A stretch of DNA of 64,000 nt from an uncultured Thermoleophilia bacterium. Lineage in GTDB: Bacteria > Actinomycetota > Thermoleophilia > UBA2241. The notes under the pieces were generated by a model, which worked only from the letters and a program-made list of their open reading frames with translations, was not told where the DNA came from and ran no database searches. The DNA lies in assembly GCA_963715985.1 (NCBI GenBank), contig CAVQSP010000010.1, positions 32,001-96,000 of the forward strand, read 5' to 3'. The translations under genes and the position numbers were made by a program. This document shows positions 1-13,312 of the stretch, piece after piece; the first letter of the stretch is position 1; every line of letters starts with the position of its first letter.

Positions 1-255
1 GGCATGCACGTCAACGACCTGCGCGGCAACCGCCGCACGGCGGACGTGGCGTACGCGCGGCAGATCGCCATGTATCTCTCGCGGGAGCTCACCGAGGCCT
101 CGCTGCCGGGCATCGGCAAGAGCTTCGGCGGGCGGCACCACAGCACCGTCATCCACGCGGTGAACAAGGTCGAGCGCCAGCTCAAGGACGGCCACGACCC
201 CCAGCTTCAGGACATCGTGGAGTTGGTCACGGCGCGTCTCAAGTCCGCACGCTGA
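1..255 (+). CDS. dnaA: Chromosomal replication initiator DnaA, C-terminal domain IV (5' truncated by window edge)
   Basis: [33 protein letters not shown] is the DnaA domain IV signature; lies upstream of dnaN. Confidence 0.96.
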   Translation, partial: GMHVNDLRGNRRTADVAYARQIAMYLSRELTEASLPGIGKSFGGRHHSTVIHAVNKVERQLKDGHDPQLQDIVELVTARLKSAR

Positions 256-551
256 CCGCTCCCTCCGGTCCGCGCGCCGACCGCCCGCGGTAGTGTCCAC
301 ATCCCCGGTGCAGCAGGCCTGCGGTGCAGCGCGTGGACGTTCTCCCGCGCGAGCCGCAAATCCGCTATGCTTCCCTCCGACAGGGAGGGCCTCGCGGGCG
401 CAGCGTCACGTTCTGCACACCCCGTCCACAGCTCTGTGCAGACGCCGGCGCCCAGGCTGAGCAGGGACATCACGACCTCTCCGCATCGTCAACAGTGTCT
501 ATGACGATGACGAGGAGAGATGTCTTCTCTTTATTGTCATAAGGAGTCGGG
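256..551. other. Putative oriC (dnaA-dnaN intergenic region) with degenerate DnaA boxes and an unwinding element
   Basis: DnaA-box-like 9-mers GTGTCCACA (293-301), TTCTGCACA (411-419), CCGTCCACA (422-430), reverse TGTGCAGAC (435-443) and TCGTCAACA (486-494). These are followed by 3-nt periodic CTA TGA CGA TGA CGA and an AT-rich tract (about 520-543). Confidence 0.8.
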
Positions 552-1665
552 ATGAAGCTCACGTGTGATCGCTCGGTGCTGGTCGACAAACTCGCGATCC
601 TCTCCCGCGGTGTGTCCACTCGCCTTGCCCTGCCCGTGCTCTCGGGCATCCTCCTGCAGGCCGCCGAAGGACGCCTCGACCTCTTCTCCACCGACATGGA
701 GATCTCCATCAAGGCGTCCGTGGCCACCACGGTCGAGCAGGAGGGTGAGATCGTCGTGCCGGCGCGGCTCCTCAGCGACATCGTCCGCAACCTGCCCGGC
801 GAACAGGTGGTCATCGAAGCCACCGAGACTATGGCCAAGGTGTCGGCCGGCCGCGCCGAGTTCTCGCTCAACGCGTGGTCTGCGAGCGACTTCCCGCAGA
901 CGTCCACCTTCGACATGAGCGGCTCGTTCATGGTCGGCCGCGAGCCCTTCGTCGAGACGCTCAACAAGGTGGGCCGCGCCGCATCGCGCGACGAGACGCG
1001 GCCCATCCTCACCGGTGTGCTCATGACGATCCTCGGCGGCGAGCTGCGCATGGTCGCCACGGACAGCTACCGGCTGGCCGTCAAGGAGACCAAGCTGGAC
1101 CACGCCCTCCCCTCCGAGGTGCAGGCCATCGTGCCGGTCAAGGCGCTGGGAGAGGTGGCCCGGCTCGCCGGTTCGAGCAGTGAGGGCGACCTCGAGGTGG
1201 CCATCGGCGAGAACCAGGCGCTGTTCAAGCTCGGCGACGCGTCGGGAGAGGTCCTCATCGCGTCCCGTCTCGTGGAAGGCCAGTTCCCCAACTACCGCGC
1301 CCTCATCCCGGAGTCGTTCGACCACGAGGTCACGCTGGCGCGGGACGACTTCATGGCTGCGGCGCGGCGCGTCAGCCTGCTGGCCCAGAAGAACGCGCCG
1401 CTCCGCCTGTCGTTCGCCGAGCACAAGCTCTCGATGAAGGCGCTCACGCAGGACGTCGGCCAGGCGGAGGAGTCACTGGACGTGGAGTTCGCCGGTGAGC
1501 CCTTCGAGATCGGCTTCAACCCGCAGTACCTCATCGAGGGCATCGATGCCCTGGACGACCCGGCCGTCCACGCTGAGGTTCACGAGCCCGCTCCGCCCCG
1601 GCGTCATCAGTGGCGCCGACGGCAGCTTCACGTACCTCATCATGCCGATCCGCCTGAGCAGCTGA
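552..1665 (+). CDS. dnaN: DNA polymerase III beta sliding clamp (one apparent +1 frameshift near 1569)
   Basis: STDMEI, ATDSYRL, EGQFPNY, IGFNPQYL motifs; the C-terminus TLRFTSPLRPG..FTYLIMPIRLSS* is in a shifted frame ending at TGA 1663-1665; AAGGAG RBS. Confidence 0.95.
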
Positions 1666-1877
1666 TCGAGGTGACCGTCAGCGGCTCCTTGCCGCTCGGG
1701 GCGTTCCTCAAGGTCGCCGGCGCGGCCTCCACCGGCGGTCACGCCAAACTGCTCGTCCAGGAGGGCGAGGTCCTGGTCAACGGCGAGGTCGAGACGCGGC
1801 GCGGCCGTACTCTGCAGCCCGGCGACGTCGTGGCTGTGGGCGGCGAGGAGTATCGCGTGTGTTCGTCACCCGCCTGA
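1662..1877 (+). CDS. yaaA: S4-domain RNA-binding protein (YaaA/RlbA-like)
   Basis: LGAFLKVAG..TGGHAK..V.VNGEVETRRGRTL.PGDVV; conserved position between dnaN and recF; start is CTG 1662 or GTG 1671. Confidence 0.88.
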   Translation: MIEVTVSGSLPLGAFLKVAGAASTGGHAKLLVQEGEVLVNGEVETRRGRTLQPGDVVAVGGEEYRVCSSPA

Positions 1878-3173
1878 GGCTGGTCAACTTCCGGTCGTAC
1901 TGCGACGCGGCCGTGACCTTCGGCGACGGCCTCAACGTCGTGGTGGGGGCCAACGCCACCGGCAAGACCAATCTGCTCGAGGGCGCGTGGTTCGCGCTGC
2001 GCGGCAGCTCGCCGCGCACGCGCCGCGAGGAGAAGCTCGTCACGTGGGGACAGCGCTTCACCCGCGTCGAGCTCGAGCTGGACGGAGACGCCGGGGGCCG
2101 GCAGACGGTCGCTGTGGCCTATGCCACCGGCCAGGGCAAGCGCGCCCACTGGAACGGCGTGGAGGTGCCGTCGCAGGACGACCTCCGCGGGCGGAGCCAG
2201 GTGTTCATCTTCGTCCCCGAGAGCCTCCTGCTCGTCAAGGGCAGCCCAGCGCGGCGGCGCGCCCATCTGGACGCGTTCGCCGCCGCGCTCGACCCGCAGT
2301 ACGGCGCGGCGGTGCGGGACCTGCAGACGGCGCTGCGCCAGCGCAACGCGCAGCTGCTTGCCGTGAAGCACGGTGCCGCCATCGCCGCGCTCGACCCGTG
2401 GGACGCACAGTTCGCGCGCTGGGCCACCGAGCTGGGCCGCCGCCGCCGCGAGCTGGTGGCCGAGCTGGCCGAGTCGTTCTCCACCGTCGCCGCCGAGCTG
2501 GCGCCGGGCGACGCGCAGTTCCGGCTGCAGCTCGTGAGCCAACTCGGCGGCGTGGGCTACGAGGAGGCGGCGTTGCTGGAGGAGCTCCGCGCGCGCCGCC
2601 CGGGCGAGACGAGCCGCGGCCTCTGCGCTCTTCGGGCCGCACCGCGACGACCTCCGCTTCCTCGAGGTGTCCCCGCGGCCGCCGGCCGACGAGGGCTGGC
2701 GCAGAGAGGAAGACGCGCGGGCCGACAGCCGCGCCCGCGCCGGTGACGCGCGCGGAGGGTCGCGGTCGGAGACGGTGGGACCGGGCGCCGGCCTGCGGCC
2801 CGGTGGACCTGCCGCGCGGCGGCCGCGACCTGCGTCTCTTCGGCTCGCAGGGCGAGCAGCGCGCCGCCGTACTGGCGCTGCTGCTCGCGGAGCAGCAGCT
2901 CGCGACGGCGCGCATCGGCAGCCGCGGCACCCTCTTCCTGGACGACGTCATGAGCGAGCTGGACGATGCCCGGCGCCGCCTTCTGGTGCGCATGCTGGCG
3001 TCGGCCGGCCAGGCCATCATCACGACGACCAACCGGCACTATTTCACGGAGGACGAACTGCGTGGAGCCACCGTCATCGAACTGCCGATCGACGGCTCGG
3101 TGACCGTGCGGCTCGGTCGAGCCCCCGGCAGACGCGGAGCGGCTCGGCGCCGCCGGAGGACGCGGCGCTCTGA
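1859..3173 (+). CDS. recF: DNA replication/repair protein RecF (frameshifted; 3' end approximate)
   Basis: NFRSY, Walker A GANATGKTNLLE, GSPARRR, GPHRDDL, SQGEQR and FLDDVMSELD, spread over 2-3 frames. Confidence 0.92.
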
Positions 3174-3266
3174 TCCGCGGCGACCGCTCTCGCCGTTCGC
3201 CGTGGGCTAGAATCCTGGCACGGCGGCCGGCAGGTCGGCAGGCTGCCCTGGGGACCGGAGGTCGTC

Positions 3267-4263
3267 ATGAAGCCGCCGCAGCGCCCGCCGTCCGCCGGGC
3301 AGGAGGTCAGTCCGGGAGACTGTCGGCGGGGCGTGCTCGTGGAGCGCTTCTCGCTGGTCGCGGGCGTCCTCGGGGTTCGCCGCCGCCTCCGGCGAGGCCA
3401 GCCGGCCCCGGCGGCCGGCGCCGGACCGCGAGCAAGCCGCCCGTCAACGTCATCCTCTTCGGATGGGACGGCGCGCAGCGCGCGCACGTCAAGGAGTGTC
3501 TCGCGCGCGGCGAGCTGCCGACCTTGCGGCGCGGTCGCCGACAAGGGCCGACTCGTGGCCATCGACGTCGTGCGCACGACCGATACCAAGTCTGGCTGGT
3601 CGCAGATCCTCACCGGCTACCAGCCGGAGAAGTCCGGCGTGTTCAGCAACAGCCGCTTCCGCCCATCCCCGAGGGCTACACCATCTTCGAGCGCCTCGAG
3701 CGGCGGTATGGGCCGGGTTCGTCCGTGGCCGTGGTCGCGAAGAAGGATCACATCGGCTACGACGCGGGCCTGCCGTATGCCAACGCCGTCTCGCACATGG
3801 ACCACTTCGACAACGGCCTGGTGAAGAACGACATCGTCGCCGAGCGGGCCATGGCCTATCTGGAGCAGTACGGGTCGCGCCCGTTCTTCTTCTTCGTCCA
3901 CTTCGCCCAGCCGGACCACCTCGGGGCATGCGAGCCGGGGAGGACTCGCAGGAGTACACCGATGGGATCATCTCGGACGACTACTGGACCGGCAAGGTCA
4001 TCGCCAGACTGAAGGCACTGGGCCTGAGCGGCAAGACGGCCGTCTACATCACCGCCGACCACGGGTTCGACGAGGGCCTCAAGTCCCATGCCGACGCGCC
4101 CTACGTGTTCCTCGCCACGACGGACAAGGGTGTGCAGCGGCGAGGTCTGCGGGAGGACATCGCCCCGACGATCTACGACCGCCTCGGTCTCGATCCCGGC
4201 GCGATGTCACCGGCCCTCGACGGTCACTCACTGCGGCGCGCCTACTCCCCGCCGCTATGGTGA
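3267..4263 (+). CDS. Alkaline phosphatase superfamily / type I phosphodiesterase-like protein (several frameshifts, start uncertain)
   Basis: Pieced together across frames: NVILFGWDG, TDTKSGWSQILTG, FFFFVHFAQPDH, VYITADHG, DIAPTI. Confidence 0.72.
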
Positions 4264-4780
4264 GGCGCGCGCCGCAGGTCCGGGGGGCCGCGCAAGGGCG
4301 AGCTCCCGCCGCCTGGACCAGATCCTGGGTCCGGCTCTGGAACGGCTGGCGGCGAGCGACCAGGCCAAGGCCTACGCGGCCTGGGCGCGCGCCGCCGGCG
4401 AACAGGTGGCGGCCGGCACCCAGCTGCGCGGCTTCTCCCGCGGGACGCTGACCGTCGAGTGCTCGTCATCGGTGTGGGCCAACGAGCTCACGTATCTGAG
4501 CGGCCAGATCAAGGGGCGCATGGACGGCATGAGCTCCCGGCCACCCCGTCAAGCGGCTGCGCTTCACCGTCGCCCGCTCTCCCCGAAGGCAGGAAGATCA
4601 GCCTGCCGCGTCGAAGGATGATGCCGCCGTCCCAGCGGCCCGCGCCGCCCGAGATGGACGGGGCGCGGGCCCAGGCGGAGGGAGTGCGCGACGAGCGTCT
4701 TCGGGCGGCCATCGAGGCCCTGCTTCAGGCGCCCATCGGGGGGCCACCGAAGGCGCCCCGGCGACGGCAACCCTCGCGGT
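4260..4780 (+). CDS. dciA: DciA/DUF721 family replicative helicase loader (frameshifted, ends approximate)
   Basis: AWARAAGEQVA..GTLTVECSSSVWANELTYL is DUF721-like; canonical position just before gyrB. Confidence 0.78.
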
Positions 4781-4920
4781 TGACGAAAACCGCCGTTTTG
4801 CGGCGCTTTCGTAGGGTTCTTCAGGCTCGCCCCGAGACTCACCGTCTGATATACTCACGCAGGCAGGACGAGCCTGCCTGCACCACCCCGTCCCATCCCC
4901 TCGGCACACTGCGAGGTTGA

Positions 4921-9792
<4,872 letters not shown>

Positions 9793-9910
9793 CCGCCGCA
9801 GGCAAGTCAACGTGCGGTGGAGCGAGCGGCACCGCACGCTGACCGTCGTAGCCGGGCTGACGTCGGGTGCAGCGTAGCGGCACTCGACACTGCTGCAACC
9901 GCGTGACGTG

Positions 9911-9952
9911 ACGAGGGCCGGGGAGGCGCTGCCTCCCCGGCCCTCGTGCTTT
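9911..9952. terminator. Perfect 17-bp hairpin downstream of gyrA, probable terminator
   Basis: ACGAGGGCCGGGGAGGC-GCT-GCCTCCCCGGCCCTCGT followed by GCTTT. Confidence 0.7.
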
Positions 9953-10282
9953 CAGGTGACCGACGGCCGGTTCCGCTCGAGCCGCGTGCGGCCGGGGGGG
10001 ATGCCACCCGGCTCCGCCGCCGCCCCCAGGACGTCGCGCAGCCAGCCGATGCGCCGCAGCGACTCCGCCGGGCGACGGCCGGCCAGCCTGATCGAGCGAT
10101 CTCTGTGCCCGGCGCTCAGGATCATGACCGTGCTCATGGTGTGACCTCGATTCTTCTCTCAGCGGCGGTGGATCAGGTGCCGCAGCTTTGATGTTCATAA
10201 AAGATATCACAGAGACATCAGGAGGTCAACAGTGGTCCTTCAGGCCTTGCGAGAGCGCGACGACGTCTGCTAGGTTGCGTGC

Positions 10283-10960
10283 ATGTCTCGCTCTGACCCC
10301 AGGACCCCAGATGCCACGGAAGCGACCGGGTCGCTCGGCGATCAGGTCTACCGCGCGATCAAGGAGGACGTCCTCTCGGCGAGGATCGGCCGTGATGAAC
10401 TGCTTCTGGAGCAGGCACTCGCCGAGCGCTACGGCGTCTCGAAGACACCCGTCCGCGAGGCGCTCCGGCTGTTGGCCCACGAGGGGCTGCTCCGCGTGCT
10501 GCCGCGCAAGGGATACATGCTCCGGCCCGTCGGCATCCAGGATGTCGTCGAGGTCTTCGAGCTGCGACGCATCCTGGAGCCCGCGTTGTGTGCTGAGGCG
10601 GCCCGGCGGCGGACGTCGGAGCAGCTGGCCAGGATGGAGGAGTCGGTCGAGATCGAACGACACCTCGCGGACCCGAGCCTGGAGGAGATGGAGAGGTCTC
10701 TCGGGCTGCATCTGCTCATCGCCGAGTCGACCGGCAACGAGCGGGCCACCGCCATGGTGAGGTCCCTCATGGACGACGCGGCGCGGATGCCGCGGCCGAT
10801 CCCCGTCCTCACGACCGGGCCGAGGCGGCCGGGCGTCGAGGAGCACGCCCGGATCGTGGCCGCCATCGCAGCCGGAGACGTCGAGGAGGCGTCCGCCGCC
10901 ATGCTGGCCCACCTCGAGGCGACGATCGCGCGCGATCTGGGCGGCCTCGGCGCACGCTAG
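10283..10960 (+). CDS. GntR family transcriptional regulator (FCD domain)
   Basis: LAERYGVSKTPVREAL winged helix; C-terminal EEHARIVAAIAAGD..A..AM..HL. Confidence 0.92.
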   Translation: MSRSDPRTPDATEATGSLGDQVYRAIKEDVLSARIGRDELLLEQALAERYGVSKTPVREALRLLAHEGLLRVLPRKGYMLRPVGIQDVVEVFELRRILEPALCAEAARRRTSEQLARMEESVEIERHLADPSLEEMERSLGLHLLIAESTGNERATAMVRSLMDDAARMPRPIPVLTTGPRRPGVEEHARIVAAIAAGDVEEASAAMLAHLEATIARDLGGLGAR

Positions 10961-11035
10961 GCCGCCGGCTTCCAGGCGCGCTGTGAGAACCTTACTAAGT
11001 AAGGACCTAACCGCCGACCCGGTGGCGCTGCCGGC

Positions 11036-12439
11036 TCACCCGTCCTCGCGCCTGTAGTTCTCCCCGGCCACGAAGTCCTGCACCGTGCGCCGTGCTGCGA
11101 TCTGCCGCAGGCCGGCCTCGGTCACCATGTAGGCGGCGGCCTCGTCGCGGCCGTTGTAGGCGCTCATGCACTCGAGGGAGTAGGCGCCCACGTCGAGGAA
11201 GGCGACGATGTCGCCGACCTTGCTGCAGGTGGGAAGGTAGCGGAAGTCCGACCCGGGGTCGCCGGCGTACACGTCGCCGCCGTCGCACAGCGGACCGCCC
11301 AAGCGGAAGGGCCGCACCGGCGGCTTGCTGCAGTGATTGGCGAGCACGGCACGGAAGTACCAGTGGTAGCTCGAGTGCTCGAGGATGGTGTTGAAGCCGG
11401 CGTCGACCATGAGCCAATCCTCGCGGGTGATGCGTCCGTGGGCGGCCTCGACGAGCTTCGTCTTCTCGGCCTCGACGCGGGTCACGAGGATGGCCGTGTT
11501 GCCGGCGATCGCGCGGCCTGGCTCGAGGAAGAGCTGCAGGTCCGGGCGCGCACGGTGAAGGCGCTCGCCGATGGCTCGCGCGTAGCCCTCCAGCGTGTGC
11601 GGCGCCTCGAAGTAGGTGTCGGGCTCGTCGGCCGTGCGGTCGTAGTAGGGGATCGCGAAGCCGCCGCCGATGTCGAGGTGCTCGAGCCTGATGTCGTGGG
11701 CCGTCTCGATGCGCTCCAGCAGCGCCAGCGCCCGGTCGAGCGCCTCGAGGTAGGGCTCGACGTGCGTGATCTGCGAGCCGATGTGGTAGTGCATGCCGAC
11801 CAGGCGGATGTTGGGCAGCTGGGCCGCCAGACCGAAGGCGCCGAGGGCCTCGTTCACGTCGATGCCGGCTTTCGCGCCCTTGCTGGTGCGCAGGCCGGGG
11901 TGCGTCTCGCTGGCCACGTTGAGGTCCACGCGAAGGGAGACACGCGCCTGCGCGCCGAGGTCGGCGGCCACGTCGGCCACGCGCCGAAGCTCGAAGACCG
12001 AGTCCACGACGATGGCCTCTATGGGTGGCCGCAGGGCGGCGATGATCTCGTCGCGCGTCTTGGCGTTGCCGTTGAAGATGATCTGCCCCGGCTCGAACCC
12101 CGCCGTGCGGGCCTTCCAGAGCTCCCCGCCCGAGTTGACCTCGATGTCGATGCCGCCGCGACGAACGCGGTCGAGGAACCACAGGTTGGAGCAGGCCTTG
12201 CTGGCGTAGAAGACGCGGGTGGCAGGGTGGTGTGCGCGGAAGCCGTCGCGAAGGGTCGCGATGTTGCGGTCGATCTGGGCGGAGCTGAAGAGGAAGAAGG
12301 GCGTGGGTGTGGTGTCCGCCATGCCGGCCACGTCGATGCCGTCGAAGCGCATGCGGCCGCGCTCGCAGGTGATGACGTCCTTCATGGGGTCGGCGATGCG
12401 CGCGAACTCGACGTCGCACTGGGGGGCGTCGGGGTCCAT
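11036..12439 (-). CDS. Fold-type III PLP decarboxylase, diaminopimelate decarboxylase (LysA)-like
   Basis: YASKA (PLP lysine), HYHIGSQ, DIGGG, EPGR, GPLCDGGD, GAY. Confidence 0.85.
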   Translation of the reverse strand: MDPDAPQCDVEFARIADPMKDVITCERGRMRFDGIDVAGMADTTPTPFFLFSSAQIDRNIATLRDGFRAHHPATRVFYASKACSNLWFLDRVRRGGIDIEVNSGGELWKARTAGFEPGQIIFNGNAKTRDEIIAALRPPIEAIVVDSVFELRRVADVAADLGAQARVSLRVDLNVASETHPGLRTSKGAKAGIDVNEALGAFGLAAQLPNIRLVGMHYHIGSQITHVEPYLEALDRALALLERIETAHDIRLEHLDIGGGFAIPYYDRTADEPDTYFEAPHTLEGYARAIGERLHRARPDLQLFLEPGRAIAGNTAILVTRVEAEKTKLVEAAHGRITREDWLMVDAGFNTILEHSSYHWYFRAVLANHCSKPPVRPFRLGGPLCDGGDVYAGDPGSDFRYLPTCSKVGDIVAFLDVGAYSLECMSAYNGRDEAAAYMVTEAGLRQIAARRTVQDFVAGENYRREDG

Positions 12440-12505
12440 GGGCGACCTCTCAGCGGTTGGTGGGCGGGGCGCGGCTGAGAAGTGCTTACCCCGCGCCCCG
12501 CGGTC

Positions 12506-13278
12506 TCAGACCGCAGGCGCCCCGGCTGCGGCACGCACCAGCACGCCTCCGAGCGCACCGCTGCGCACGTTCTCGAGGATGCCGCCGTACTCGGCGGCCA
12601 CGAACTCGTACCAGTCGGCGCCGAACTCGCATCTCGATGGCGTCCTTTCTGGCGGCGATGCGACGGCACAGGACCTCGTACCAGCGCGTGAGCTCCGGCT
12701 CCAGGTCGCGGAGCTCGATGAGCGTCCAGCCGGCCGCGGCCAGGGCGCCGGGGAGGGCGCCGGGTTCCAGCGGGCGCCACCATTCCCGGCTCGGGTGCCC
12801 CCGCGTGGCCGCGGCGAAGCGCCCGTGCGGGTCCGAGTACTCCAGCAGGCGGAGCTCGGCGCCCCGCGCGGCCAGCCGGCGAAGCTGCGCGAAGGCCGCG
12901 GGCTGGTCGGGCACGGCGTAGAGGGCCGTCATGGCGTACACGAGGTCGAACGGACCGGCGAGCACGGCGGCGGCGGCCTGCAGGTCGCCCTCCACGATGG
13001 CGACTTCAGGGTGTCGCTTGCGGCCGAGGAGCACGGTCTCGGCGTCGATCTCGATGCCGGTCACCGTGCCGTAGCCGCTGTGCCTGCACCCAGGCCGCCG
13101 TGCCGCCGCCGCCGCAACCGGCGTCCAGGATGCGGCGGCCTGGGTCGGCCGCGAGCCCGGCGAAGAGGAGGCGGTTGGCCTCCTCTTCGCCGGGGTGCGC
13201 GTAGTCGGCGTCGCGGATGAGCGCCAGCAGGCGCTTGCCCGTGGCGTTGTTGATCGCCTTCGGGCCCATCGTCGTCAT
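12506..13278 (-). CDS. Class I SAM-dependent methyltransferase (frameshifts near 13068 and 12632)
   Basis: ILDAGCGGGGTA motif I, VTGIEID, FDLVYA; the reconstructed C-terminus EFGADWYEFVAAEY..V* ends at 12506. Confidence 0.8.
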
Positions 13279-13312
13279 CGTCGCGACCGGTCCCGGGCTT
13301 GTCGGGCCGTGG

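Noticed and set aside
552-1877. Apparent DnaN-S4 domain fusion (441-aa ORF)
   Set aside because: The true DnaN C-terminus (..YLIMPIRLSS*) is in another frame after an extra base near 1569, so the fusion is an indel artefact
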